A DNA stretch of 64,000 nucleotides from Eledone cirrhosa (GCA_964016885.1 OZ024742.1:74276001-74340000); one strand, 5' to 3'. Shown: positions 14,159 to 27,237, counted from the stretch's first letter. A program made the numbers and translations. The notes: a model not told the origin generated them from the sequence alone.

Positions 14159-15510
14159 TTCCCTTGCTTTTATCGAGAATCTAATTGTAATACGTGACGT
14201 ATTCTATTCTATAGCGATTAGGTCTTCAAAATGTTTATTATAAACATACAGAATATTTTCGAATATTCTATGTCTATATTCACATATATATCGCTATTTC
14301 AGAGCATTTATTCCAATTTCTAATTTCTGCCGGACCGGCAACCGCTCTTTCAAACCAGTTCCTGTACACAGCTAAGTATTCTATAAGTCTCTAGCTGTGT
14401 CATTCTCGATAAAAGCACTGGATATGTAGTCCTGAAGATTTCTAATAAGAATGAAACGCGTAGATTACTTCCCTTGCTTTTATCGAGAATCTAATTGTAA
14501 TACGTGACGTATTCTATTCTATAGCGATTAGGTCTTCAAAATGTTTATTATAAACATACAGAATATTTTCGAATATTCTATGTCTATATTCACATATATA
14601 TCGCTATTTCAGAGCATTTATTCCAATTTCTAATTTCTGCCGGACCGGCAACCGCTCTTTCAAACCAGTTCCTGTACACAGCTAAGTATTCTATAAGTCT
14701 CTAGCTGTGTCATTCTCGATAAAAGCACTGGATATGTAGTCCTGAAGATTTCTAATAAGAATGAAACGCGTAGATTACTTCCCTTGCTTTTATCGAGAAT
14801 CTAATTGTAATACGTGACGTATTCTATTCTATAGCGATTAGGTCTTCAAAATGTTTATTATAAACATACAGAATATTTTCGAATATTCTATGTCTATATT
14901 CACATATATATCGCTATTTCAGAGCATTTATTCCAATTTCTAATTTCTGCCGGACCGGCAACCGCTCTTTCAAACCAGTTCCTGTACACAGCTAAGTATT
15001 CTATAAGTCTCTAGCTGTGTCATTCTCGATAAAAGCACTGGATATGTAGTCCTGAAGATTTCTAATAAGAATGAAACGCGTAGATTACTTCCCTTGCTTT
15101 TATCGAGAATCTAATTGTAATACGTGACGTATTCTATTCTATAGCGATTAGGTCTTCAAAATGTTTATTATAAACATACAGAATATTTTCGAATATTCTA
15201 TGTCTATATTCACATATATATCGCTATTTCAGAGCATTTATTCCAATTTCTAATTTCTGCCGGACCGGCAACCGCTCTTTCAAACCAGTTCCTGTACACA
15301 GCTAAGTATTCTATAAGTCTCTAGCTGTGTCATTCTCGATAAAAGCACTGGATATGTAGTCCTGAAGATTTCTAATAAGAATGAAACGCGTAGATTACTT
15401 CCCTTGCTTTTATCGAGAATCTAATTGTAATACGTGACGTATTCTATTCTATAGCGATTAGGTCTTCAAAATGTTTATTATAAACATACAGAATATTTTC
15501 GAATATTCTA

Positions 15511-15575
<65 letters not shown>

Positions 15576-15578
15576 CCA

Positions 15579-15676
<98 letters not shown>

Positions 15677-15679
15677 CCA

Positions 15680-15722
<43 letters not shown>

Positions 15723-15733
15723 ATATATGACCA

Positions 15734-15793
<60 letters not shown>

Positions 15794-15845
15794 GTGTGTG
15801 TGTGTGTGTGAGTGTGTGTGTGGTATATATATATATATATATATG

Positions 15846-16140
15846 TATTCGTGAGTTTTATATCGAATAATAATATTCGATCCGATTGCAAGCAAACGGC
15901 CTCATTACGCTATGTCTTTTTGACGACCATCGTCATCATTTTGTTCTCGCGGTGGCACAGTGTTTTAGTGAGTTACAGAGAAGAGAGATACTCAATCTTG
16001 ACAAAGAGCAATAACCCAGAAACAATGTTGTCGATTGTTTCTCTCTGTCACCGCTAGAACAAACGAATGCATGGTCGTCTAAAAATATAATGTAACGAGG
16101 CTGTTTGCTTGCAAACAAATCGAATATTCACGAATACATT
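15846..16140. mobile_element. MITE-like element with imperfect subterminal inverted repeats
   Basis: AATATTCGAT..TTGCAAGCAAACGGCCTCATTAC versus GTAACGAGGCTGTTTGCTTGCAA..ATCGAATATT. Confidence 0.45.
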
Positions 16141-16303
16141 TACGTATTCGCTAAGTTAGAGCGAAAAATAAAATTCTAATTTTGTTTATATATATATATA
16201 TATATATATGTTAAGTATTTCCGTGGACAAGGTAAAGGAAAGAAGAGTGCTCTATATATAGTACAGAGCTATTTAATTATGTAATAAACAATACAGTATA
16301 ATT

Positions 16304-16376
16304 ATTCCATTACCCAAGGTTTCACGAAGTTAGACGATTTTAACAGAAACGTCTGATATCGCTCATCAGAAGGAAT
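16304..16376 (-). ncRNA. Type I hammerhead in an inverted PLE pLTR pair (16209-16468)
   Basis: ATTCCTT-CTGATGA-GCGA..AGACG..CGTCT..TCGT-GAAA-CC-TTG-GG-TA-ATGGAAT; inverted partial copy at 16378-16468. Confidence 0.75.
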
Positions 16377-16484
16377 CTGAGGGATATCAGACGTTTCTTT
16401 TAGAATCGTCTAACTTCGTGAAAGCTTGGGTAATGGAATAATCATATTGTGTTGTTTATTACATAATTATATATATATATATAT

Positions 16485-16667
16485 AGGAAAAAGTATGACC
16501 CCGACGGCAGAGATCAAGCCGTTTCGACGGTCCAGAAATAGCCGTCGAAACGGCTTGAGCTCTGCCGTCTGGGTCATACTTTTTCCTATTTCCCACTCTA
16601 CCACCCTAAGTATTGAGTACTCTTGTGCGTTATGGTCCATCTGGTTCCTTACCACAATTCCTTTGTT
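16485..16667 (+). mobile_element. PLE fold-back fragment, diverged member of the 2573 family
   Basis: Inverted arms meet at GACGG-loop-CCGTC; stem III ACGGC/GCCGT followed by C. Confidence 0.7.
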
Positions 16668-16687
16668 ATATATATATATATATATAT

Positions 16688-16729
<42 letters not shown>

Positions 16730-16778
16730 TGAGAGAAAGAGAGAGAAAGCGAGGGAGAGAGAGAGAGAGAGATAGATG

Positions 16779-16975
16779 TAAAGTCCCGACCGCGGCGCCA
16801 AGTGGTTTCAGCTTATGTGATCAGGCTTGCTGAACACACAAGCCGAAACCGCTTGACACGTCAGTCGGGATTTTTCATTTCTCTATACCCACTCTACATC
16901 TCTCTATGTATCGAGTACTCACATGATTACTACGTCTTCTCGGTCTCAGCACCACAGAACCCCCTCTCTCTCTAT
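16779..16975 (+). mobile_element. PLE fold-back fragment with partial hammerhead and tail hairpin
   Basis: Imperfect inverted repeat 16779-16824/16830-16875; GGCTTG..CAAGCC-GAAAC; ACTC..GAGT hairpin at 16891-16916. Confidence 0.55.
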
Positions 16976-17036
16976 ATATATATGCAAAAAGTAAATGGAA
17001 ATATATTAATTTAATGCTTGATATAGTAGGAAAGAG

Positions 17037-17072
17037 TCTTTATGTTTCGGACACTAGTCCTTCATCAGAAGA
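17037..17072 (-). ncRNA. Minimal type I hammerhead of PLE type, with probable CpG decay in stem III
   Basis: TCTT-CTGATGA-A-GGAC-TAGT-GTCC-GAAACATA-AAGA. Confidence 0.7.
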
Positions 17073-17236
17073 TTGAACGAGAAATAAAAGATAAACTAGA
17101 AAGATAGAGAGTGAAGAGGAAGGAACGGAAAATTGTTTTTGAGAAAAAGCATGTGTATATTCAGCCAATCTTTATGTATGTATGTATGTATGTATGTATG
17201 TATGTATGTATGTATGTATGTATGTATGTATGTATG

Positions 17237-17650
17237 TCAAAGGCTAAGGGGTCATCTCTCCCGGTGATTTTGGATGGCCATTGACTCTTTAGAGCTCCTT
17301 TGCCCTTTGACATTTGATGGTATCCAATGATGTTGACTTGTTCTTCTTTTTGGTAAATATCATCTTGGTTAAGAGAGTGGGACTAGCTTTGTGCATTGCC
17401 TTTGCTCACTATAAAAGCTTCACGGCACATGCATTGCTTTATATCTGGAGATCTCTCTGCACTTGTCGTCACATGGTACCATGGGCCCAGCACTATGTGT
17501 CAATAATTTTCATAAGTGTAGTGTTTGTACCAGAGTTTTCAAGTCGCTGGTTGGACTAAAAAGTCACACTCGTTCAGCGCATCGGTAAGGGTTCTCCTAC
17601 ATGGATATAAAGTAGTGGCCGTACTCGAAAACGAGTTGGCAGCCACCATG
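17237..17650 (+). mobile_element. LINE (RTE-like) terminal fragments between (TATG)n runs
   Basis: Terminal motif TACTCGAAAACGAGTTGGCAGCCACCATG shared in reverse with 18020, 50281 and 50468. Confidence 0.4.
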
Positions 17651-17710
17651 TATGTATGTATGTCTATCTAGTTATATATATATTTACACATATGTATGTG
17701 AATATATGTG

Positions 17711-17992
17711 AAGGCGCATGGCTTAGTGGTTAGAGCAGTAGGCTTGCAATCGAAAGGTTGTGAGTTCAATTCTCGAACCGGGTGATGTGTTGTTTCCTTG
17801 AGTAAGACACTTTCTTTCACGTTGCTCCAGTTTACTCAGCTGAAAATGAGTACCAACAATAGCTGGAGGTTTAACCCTGCGATGGACTGTCATCCTGTCT
17901 AGAGGGGAGTCTTGTACTCTCAGTCGCTTCACGCCATGAAACCGGGATAAGCACCGACCAAATGAGCCTTCTGGCTCAAGACAGACTTTAGA
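17711..17992 (+). mobile_element. Full-length tRNA-derived SINE with CORE/V-like central domains
   Basis: A-box TGGCTTAGTGG, B-box GAGTTCAATTCT, then CCTTGAGTAAGACACTT and CCCTGCGATGGACTG motifs. Confidence 0.8.
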
Positions 17993-18019
17993 CTGTAGAT
18001 GTGAATATATACATACATA

Positions 18020-18470
18020 CATGATGATGGCTGCAACTTGATTTCGAGTAATGCTATCGCTTGATAGCGACGCCTGTGTTTGAAGCTTTTTTAAGTGAGG
18101 AAAGGCTTTGCACGGAACCAATCCCACTCTTTGAACATCGAATACATCTACCAAAAAGGTAGAACTGGATGCAAACGAAATCGCAGGATTTCATCAGAGT
18201 GACCTTCTCCTATAGAGATGTCTTAATGAAGACTAGGGGTATCTCACCACCTACAAAAAAGTTAAAAGTTAAAAACTTTTTGGATGGCCGTTGACTCTCT
18301 TGAATTTCCCCGCCCTTTGACGGGTTTTGTGTTTTATCCCACATGGTGTCCAAAATCACCCTCTTCACCAAGCAGGCTTGGTGGGTTGATGGTTTAGTTG
18401 CCTACGACCCGATCATGTACAGGTTGTACTGGGTTACATATTACCAGTAGCGCCGAAGAGTGACCAGGCA
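18020..18470 (-). mobile_element. Short non-autonomous RTE-like element in (CATA)n; relatives at 46460-46650 (+) and 50468-51092 (-)
   Basis: Shared leader of about 190 bp and shared terminus; flanked by (CATA)n. Confidence 0.5.
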
Positions 18471-18486
18471 CATACATACATACATA

Positions 18487-20559
18487 AGTCCCAGACATTA
18501 TTGTCAGAGCCATAGAGAGGCTGGCTTCTTCTTGGGCTACTATCCTAAGGTTAAAGACAGAGAGGGAGGACTCTATTTTCACTGATAAAATAAAATATCG
18601 CAGTGGTATATTTCAGGGGAACAGCCTCTGTGTGATATTATTCATCTTGTCATTAAACCCCTTGTCTTTCTGCTCAAGAAATGTGAAGGATACATCATTG
18701 GCTCACAGGAGGACAGAAATACGAACCTAACCCATCATTTCTTTGTGGACGATCTGAAACTCTATGCCAAGAACATGGATGGGATGAAGAAAAAACTTGA
18801 CCTGGTTACAACGTTCTCAAAGGATATAGGAATGGAGTTTGGTCAAGATAAATGCTCATACATGACTGTAAAGCGGGGAAAAACAACAACCCAATCGAGC
18901 AACCCAATCTAGCAACATTGTCATCAATGGCCTAACTGTTTCACCGATATCTGATGAGGACTGCCTGGGGATAGATGAGAACATATCCTATAATGGTATC
19001 TGTAATAAGGAACTCGTAACCAGGGAATACTACACCCGATTAAGAAAGATCTGGTCATCGGAACTCTCTGCGCAAAACAAAACAGTGGCTCACAATGTGT
19101 TTGCTGTGCCTATCCTAACACCAACATTTGGAATATTCAATTGGACGATAGACGAAATCCGAGCAGTTGATGTTGGAACTCGAAAAATACTAAACAACAC
19201 CGGAAACTTCCACAACAACAGTGACATAGACCGCCTTTACTTGAAACGTAAGCAGGGAGGCAGAGGCCTAACATCAGTCCAGACAGCATTTGAATGTCGC
19301 ATCATATCTCTCCGACAACATCTACGAACCTCGAAGCGTAGGAGCTCTCGAGCAAGTCTATCTGCATGAAACAGATAAGATCATGAGAGATGAGAAGGAA
19401 CTCATCGAGAGATATTCCCTGTGAGATAATCAAAAACTCACACCCAGTGAAGTGGCTCAGCAGTATCGCAGTGAATCCATGGATGAAAAACTGCATGCTT
19501 ATCAGCAAAAAAATCATGCATGGATATGTTGCCAGGAAGCTCCAGAGTGAGAGTAATATAGATAAGGAAAGTAGTCTATCTTGGACCAACAACCGTTATA
19601 TTGGCTCCCACTTTGAAGGATACGCTTTTGCAATCCAAGAACAGGAGATTAACACGAAATACCCGATTCACAAAAGAGATAGGGATGCAGGCAAAAACCT
19701 AGATGTGATAACAAGTGCAGATTCTGCAGAACTAACATCGAGGATATCACACATGTCATCAGCAGCTGTCCAAAGATATCATCGCGGTACTATCTACCTA
19801 TGAGGCATGATGTAGTGGCCAAAACACTGTACAATGCAGTTCGCAAAAAAGATAGCCCCGATAATAAACAGATTAAAAGCTACAGCAACGTGGAAGACAT
19901 CCATGTTCATAATATGAAAGAGTACTGGTGGAATGTTCCAGTAAAACCCCCAATAAAATGCAGGCATAACAGACAAGATATTATGATATGGGACAGGGAA
20001 AAGAAAGCATGCACAGTAGTGGAAATTAGCTGCCCAGCAGATGCCAATATAATATCAAAGATTAGCGAAAAGGAGAATATTTATGCAGAACTGATGAGAA
20101 ATTTGCAGATACTCCACCCTGATTACACCTTCAGATTTACGCCTGTGATTATTGGGGCACTGGGATATGTTAGTAACTGCCTCAATAGAAATCTTGAGAA
20201 GCTGGGCTTCACAAGAACAGAAAGAACACAACTAGTTAGGAAATTACAAGTACAATCCATTAATGGAACAGTAAAAATATGTGAAACATTCCAAAAATTT
20301 TGCATCTAATAGATGCATATACACATGTACAGATACAAAGCATATACATATGAACAAGATACAAAGCATATACACATGCACACATACAACTCAAAACATA
20401 GACATCCACACATACAATAACATCCATATCTACACATGCATGCATGCATACATAATCTACCTAGTTGATGTGTAAATTCCAATGAGAGAGTTGTATCTAT
20501 GTTAGAAACCGACTCTCTCTCTATGGGGAAAAAAATTGTGAAATTATAAAACCAGAAGA
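18487..20559 (+). mobile_element. 5'-truncated R4/Dong-clade non-LTR retrotransposon (RT plus restriction-like endonuclease), frameshifted
   Basis: GIFQGNSL, HHFFVDDLKLYAK, RLYLKRKQGGRGL, CRFC..H...C knuckle, RHD, R(Q/P)DIMIWD..VVEISCP; 3' UTR ends AGAAGAA-(CATA)n. Confidence 0.9.
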
Positions 20560-20789
20560 ACATACATACATACATACATACATACATACATACAAATGTG
20601 TGTGCATGTAGTGAACGTCTGTCCTTTCCGTTGACGAATGTTCCAGTTGTTCGAAAAATGATAGAGCCTACTCGTGAAATTAACTTGCATGTGGTTGAGC
20701 ATTTCACAGACACGTGTACCATTAACGTAGTTCTCAGGGTGATTCAATGTGTCACTGGCCCCTTTGAATTATAGATAAAACTCATTTTT

Positions 20790-20905
20790 TGCCAGCTCAG
20801 TTGACTGGAGCAGCATAAATTAATGCCTTGCCCAATGATACAACCGACCATCGGGAATCGAATTCACGGCCATACGATCATGAGCCCCCGAACCCCTAAC
20901 TACAA
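20790..20905 (-). mobile_element. Partial SINE of the 17711 family
   Basis: Reverse B-box GAATTCGATTCC and CTCCAGT.AACTGAGCTG core. Confidence 0.5.
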
Positions 20906-21463
20906 AACGACGGACAGTCACACATACACACACATGCAGACGCACAAACACAAACACACGCATACACACACACACAGACAGACAAACACACACACACATT
21001 TACAAACACTCACACAAGAGAAGTAAGAACGAGAGAAAGATACGTGTGTATGAAGTAAAAGACATATAAGGTAAAAGAAGTAATTACGCCAGAAACCTCA
21101 CCAATCTTCCAACAGAGGAATGAATAAGATAAAAGATGACATCAATCAACATTCAATGATAAAATGAATATAGACGAGTTTGAAGTATGGGAGCTCGAAC
21201 TTAGTTCAGTTTTGTGGCCATCTTCATAGAGGGCGTTGTTAAGAAAGGACTGCGTCATGGCTGAATTCCTTTATGAGTAAATTGAAGCTTAATTGAGAAA
21301 GAGACAGAATATCGTTACATTTTCTGTTTTCGGTTGAAGAAATGGAAAGAGAGAAACAAGAACAAAGAAAACCACGCAGACAAAATAATTGCACTAGACA
21401 GACACAAACACACACTCTCACAAATGCAGCTGTCTGGTATATATATCGTTACACCAATTCTGT

Positions 21464-21551
<88 letters not shown>

Positions 21552-21617
21552 TAATAATAAAAAGGACGAAGTGTTAGGTCTTCATTGCGTTTATTGAACA
21601 GTAACATGCGTTTTGTG

Positions 21618-21665
21618 ATTGATCAACTCAAGTTTCGATACAGATCGAAACTTGAGTTGATTAAT
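21618..21665. other. Short palindrome centred on a putative HHR stem II
   Basis: GATCAACTCAAGTTTCGAT-ACAG-ATCGAAACTTGAGTTGATT. Confidence 0.5.
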
Positions 21666-22221
21666 GTCGTCGGACTTCTGTTATAGTAATGACAGAATGC
21701 ATAATATATATATATAACCATTCTGTCGAGAGCTTTATTCGATTTGTGATATTTTGCATTCTCGCAATATTATACGCAACTGAATCATTCGCCTAATAGA
21801 GGTGTTGCCTCCCTTGCTGAAATCCACGTGGGGTCAGTAATAGCCACACTATCTATAACATTTTGGAGCAAAACCCGTTGATAACACGACTTCCTTGTTC
21901 ATCATCTCACCAGAAGCCCAACATTCTTTATGTAGGCGGACAGTACCTGATTTTGGAGTCGCAGAAACCAATACTGGATTTTACCATCAGTCCAGGGTCC
22001 GGGAAAGTATCAACACATATATTTTTATTGTTTGACCCGAATTACTTGGTCGTTTGTTTTGGTTGTGCGGATGATATGTTTAACCATCATCTCAGTGTGT
22101 TTGGCCCTTAACGTATGTTGTAGCTCTGATTCACATGAATCATCGAACGCTTGCCACACATATCGGACGTTGATTTTCGTTAATTCCTGAGCTGAAAACG
22201 ATACTCGCTAATTTATATTTG

Positions 22222-22266
<45 letters not shown>

Positions 22267-22366
22267 TTTTACTCTCTAAAAATCCCCCCCCCCCCTTTTT
22301 TTTTTAAAATGTCTTTCCACCACTCTCTCACACACCCTCGGAACTATCTTCGTGCCCACTTTTCTC

Positions 22367-22397
22367 CTGATGAAGGGCTTATGCTCGAAACGTCGTC
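22367..22397 (+). ncRNA. Minimal PLE-type hammerhead motif
   Basis: CTGATGA-A-GGGC-TTAT-GCTC-GAAAC-GTC-GTC; the 3' strand of stem I is not evident. Confidence 0.6.
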
Positions 22398-22633
22398 CCT
22401 CACCCCCACTCTCAAGAGTGAAACTAATATTAACATTTGTACTGTCTCTTCGCTTCCACGTTGTTTTTTTGTTTTCTGCTTACTGTCTCAACTTTAAAAT
22501 ATATATGAATGTATGTATAGTATATTTGGCAATAAACCGTATGTTTAATTAAAAACATTTAGAAGACCATACGCTATCGGTTTTAAAGTACTGACTATGT
22601 CACTTACTTCTTTCGGCGAAAGAAGGGAGAGAA

Positions 22634-22751
<118 letters not shown>

Positions 22752-22753
22752 TA

Positions 22754-23306
22754 CTAGCATTAAGCCCGGCGCTGCTCGGGGTCAGTAAGTTACCAAAGTT
22801 AGGTTGCACCACCCATTTTATGGCACCACTTTTTTGTCTGCCAGGCACTGGGTGAATGAATTGCAGACCTGGACTGCCTAAGCAGGAGCTGCGCCAGCAG
22901 TGACAATTGTAGTTTCGCCTATGGATATTATCTCTGTGCAAAGAAGTGTTGAAATTTATTGTTTCACAGTACTTGCGCAACACGCGCGTAGACGATACCA
23001 GCCGAACAACAGAGCTGCGATGGAGTTGTTCTGCATGGTTGTCTAATGTGTGTTTTCTAAATTTAAGACAGTAGGGAGGGGTGTGATATGGAGGAGAGTT
23101 AACTGCTGTTTCTAGCAGGTTTAGTGACCTCATAAAGGATATTATTGTGTATAGTAAATAAACTGATACTTCTTTCTTCCACGTTCGTTGAGAGATGTTT
23201 TAAAAAAGATTTATCGCTATTTTTTTTGTTGTTGAATAAATTTATCTGTTGCTTTTGAATAATTTGAAGTAAATAAATGTTTGACCGTTCCACATTCAAA
23301 AACAAA

Positions 23307-23347
<41 letters not shown>

Positions 23348-23650
23348 CCCCCTCTCTCTCTCTCTCTCTCACCCTCTTCTTTCTTTGGCGTTCCTAAAGG
23401 AAGTTTGTAAGTTTAAGCGTATATAAGAGAAAGTTGCAGCATATATGTAGTTTTATCGAATTTGAAGGGGAGTAGAGAGAGGTAATCAGATTGTATTAGA
23501 GGGGTAAAGCGTAATGTATTTAGTTTTATCGATTATTTCCGTAATTGTGGGTGAGTTTGAAATAAATAAATAGTTGTTGACCTAAGTTAGACCATTTACA
23601 ACATTCTTACACACACACACACACAATAACAACAATCTGCCTTTTATAGA
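22754..23650 (-). mobile_element. Probable non-autonomous Helitron
   Basis: On minus: 5' A|TC at 23650, 3' GC hairpin CCCGAGCAGCGCCGGG followed by CTAG|T at 22754; internal microsatellites. Confidence 0.5.
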
Positions 23651-23931
23651 TAATGATATCAGTGGCGAAGGGTAACCTGGAAAGCAGGGCATGCAGTCCA
23701 ATCGCCTTGGCAGAAAGTGGAGCTGTGCAGCCCCCCCCCAATTCCCTCTAAATGACCCTCCCGATCAAAGCCGCATGTAGTGTTATATAGTGTGTGTGTG
23801 TGTGTTATCGTTTTATGTGTCTACGATTTAGAAAGCAGCCAAAATTCTGCTTGCTTCAACCGACGCAATTGTTCAACTCAAGATTCTATAACGCATGCAC
23901 TGCATGTGTTGCATGCACGCACCGTTCGCCC

Positions 23932-24022
<91 letters not shown>

Positions 24023-24265
24023 TAAATGACCGATAAATTCTTTTTTCAAAAGCCGGTACAGTAGAAATACAGTAGAAAATACGAGGGGCAATGATGGTGA
24101 ATGAAACAAAACAAAATAAAGTAATGTTTTACCAAGTGTATTATCGTTTTATATTTCAGGGCTAATGCCCTCTTTTCAGATGTGGGACTGAAACAGTCTT
24201 AGATGAAACAAACGAAGGATTTGACTTTTTTTCTATGTATGTATGTATGTATGTATGTATGTATG

Positions 24266-24294
<29 letters not shown>

Positions 24295-24296
<2 letters not shown>

Positions 24297-24737
24297 TCTC
24301 TTTCTCTTAATTTCGAGTATATTTTTTTGACCAGCCACCTTCCTGGTGGCAAGGTTGTAAAAGAAAAGAAATTGTCATCCCTTGATTCGCAAGAATATTT
24401 TGCAAATTTTGAAGGTGCCAGCTATCGCAGCCATTTGTAGACTATGAATTAGGGAGCTGCGCTCTTTGTCCTCAAATCCAAGTTCAGTCATACTTTGGTC
24501 CAAGCGGGTTGGTATATGGGTATGAAGCTAAAGGTGTATCTTGTATACTGGATTTGTAAACTCCTCATCAATGGTCCGTAGATGTCCTCCTTCTCCTGTA
24601 TTTTTCTGACAACGTTTACACCAAGTGGGCAGCTGATCTCCACAACAGAACACGTTTTCAATGTGTGGTCCCAAACAACAATATCAGGCCGGTTGTGCTT
24701 TAATTTGGTGGCAGTTTTTATTTTCAGGTTCCACCAG
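24295..24737 (-). mobile_element. R4/Dong-like RLE 3' fragment, second subfamily
   Basis: YWWNLKIKTATKLKHNRPDIVVWD..VVEISCP; flanked by (TATG)n on both sides. Confidence 0.8.
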
Positions 24738-24758
24738 TATGTATGTATGTATGTATGC

Positions 24759-24791
<33 letters not shown>

Positions 24792-24800
24792 TGTATGTAT

Positions 24801-25085
24801 GTTCTTCTGGTTTTATAATTTCACAAATTTTTACCAATAGAGAGAGAGAGACGGTTTCTAACATAGACACAGGACTCTCTCATTGGAATTTACACATCAA
24901 CTAGGTAGATATATATGCATGTGTAGATATGTATGCATGTGTGTGCAGGTATGGATGTTATTGTATATGTGGATGTGGATGTTTTGAGTTATATCTCTGC
25001 ATATGTATATGCTTTGTATCTGTACATATGTACATGTAGTTATTAGATGCAGAATTTTAAAAATGTTTTACATATTTTTCCTGTT
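24801..25085 (-). mobile_element. R4/Dong-like 3' end of the 18487 family
   Basis: Reverse complement of 20250-20559 abutting (TATG)n. Confidence 0.85.
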
Positions 25086-25131
25086 TCATTAATGGATTGT
25101 ACTATGTATGTGTGTGTGTGTGTGTGTATGT

Positions 25132-25226
<95 letters not shown>

Positions 25227-26827
25227 CGTGTGTGTGTGTAAGTCAATTGTATTGATAAACATATTTTAAATTAATAAATTAATTTTATTTCAAATAAGTT
25301 TACCTATTCGTGAGAATAATTTCTGCAGTTAGAAATAAATTCCACTTTTCTCTCTTTCTGTCTCTCTTTCTCCACCCCACCCCGTCTTTTTCTATCCCAT
25401 TTTTTTTTCAATCTTCTAAGAAAGGTGATAAATCCTCCATTGGTAAAGGATCGTTCATACTCTCACCTCAAAAATAGACACAAAACATAGAAACATGATG
25501 ACCCCCCCCCTCCCTCCCCGCTGCCCATAACTGGATCTTCTCAAAAGCTATCAAACAAAATTCAGAAGCACAACGAATTACTCAACACCTTCCCCCTGTC
25601 CTATCTCATCTCCACCTCCTCTACCTTCTCCTAACTATCCAGTAATTATTCCTCCACCCTCCCCTTTCTCTGTAGCTTCTCACCCCACTTCTTATGCCTC
25701 CCTATCCACTGCACCTCCTTTATTTTCTCTACACTACAGTCGAATTACTCCTCTTTTCTCATTTCCCCATTTCTTCTACCACTTCTTTTATATCCCCTTT
25801 CAACTTTACCCTTTCTTTCCTTACTCTTCTCTATCTGCTCCCCATTATCGTCAAATTCCTCCTCTCCCTCTGCCCCTCCCCCTCCTCTGTCTTGTGTCTT
25901 CATCCTCTTTACCACTGTTATCCTCATCCTGTACCGCCAACGTCCCACTTCACTCTTATTATCTCCCACCCCCATTCACGTACCCCACCCCACTCACACT
26001 TTATCATCATCCCTCCCCTATGTTTCTCGTCCCAGTAAATAATACCTTTAACGCATCAACTTTTTCAGACGTAAAAACAACGTCTTTTGTAATATTGTAT
26101 TTCCATAGTTGAAACTAGGTAGGTGTATATGTGTAGGAACAGTTTATTCCTTACCTTCCTACAAAACAAGTCTACCGCAACAATCAACATCCACAGGCTA
26201 TGGAAGTATCTAATCGAAAATAAAAGTTAATAGCTTTAATCACAATTCTTCTCTTTGTGAGGCGAAGCTAGTTTTTAACTGCATAACTGAGCAATATGGT
26301 GTGTCTCAAGGGAAGATTGTAAGACATTGATTAAGCACAGACTCCAAGATTCGCCTGTAAGAAGCCCCTATGATTTGGTCAATGGAACTTATAAATCATA
26401 TTAATTTCAGGCTGCTGTATTTTAAGCTAGTTGTTGTTTCATAAATAAAAACAGCAAGACGAATTGACGTTTGTAGCTGTTAATCTTGAATATTTTCTCT
26501 ATTTTGAATGGAAATTCTGAATCATAAGATTTATTAGTTATTTAATATTGTAATAATAAGCCGACAAAATGGCTGCTACACTATGTTTTTTAAAATTATT
26601 TTTTCAGTGGTATATCTTTTTCTTTTTATTATTGATGGCTTTGAGAAAAAAGATAAACATAATATATAAACAATAAATATGTGCTAAAGAATATATTTCG
26701 TGTAATTTAAGATTTGGTTGTAACTGTTTTGTTTTCTTAGCACTATTGCATATTATGCCATTAAAAATTAAAGTGGCTGGTTCCGTCTCAATAATAAATA
26801 GTTATCCAGTTTTCTAGAGGATATTAT

Positions 26828-26998
26828 AGTATCGGTAGAGGGTCGGACGCCATGCTTTGACGCATGGAGTTACGGCCCTTGCCATTCTGAGTTCAAATCC
26901 CGCCGAGGTTAACTTTGCCTTTCATCCTTATGGGGTCGATAAAATAAAGTACCAGTAATGTACTGGGTAATTGCTGGCCTTGTGCCAAAAGTAGAAAC

Positions 26999-27002
<4 letters not shown>
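26828..27002 (+). mobile_element. tRNA-derived SINE with Meta-like core
   Basis: Homologous to 5347-5525. Confidence 0.85.
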
Positions 27003-27071
<69 letters not shown>

Positions 27072-27195
27072 GAAGTTATATTAATTGTATATATATATAT
27101 GTTTTGCAAGGCTTTTGATATGAAATCGTGTGTCGAAATATAAAAATGGCGTAGACACAACAATACATACAATACAGCAGGGGAAACATAATAGT

Positions 27196-27237
27196 ACCAC
27201 TGATGATGTTGCAGATGTGCAACAAAAGAACTTTGTT
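27196..27237 (+). ncRNA. Decayed type I hammerhead in a PLE-like terminus (27068-27398)
   Basis: ACCA-CTGATGA-T-GTTGCA-GATG-TGCAAC-AAAA (expected GAAA)-GAAC-TT-TGTT. Confidence 0.55.

Larger units (their letters stand above)
12893..15519. mobile_element. Retrozyme-like tandem array: 310-bp HHR-containing unit, about 3.4 copies on minus then about 5 copies on plus, inserted in (TA)n
   Basis: Unit starts at 12893, 13203, 13513, 13823; strand flips at about 13954; units look identical by eye; no ORF; each complete unit carries a type I hammerhead. Confidence 0.85.

Noticed and set aside
12893-15519. Array read as CRISPR or as a tRNA/5S/snRNA tandem cluster
   Set aside because: No unique spacers, no Pol III boxes or recognisable RNA gene, and the context is eukaryotic.
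17711-17785. tRNA gene
   Set aside because: The A and B boxes belong to a SINE head; there is no complete cloverleaf and the SINE body follows.
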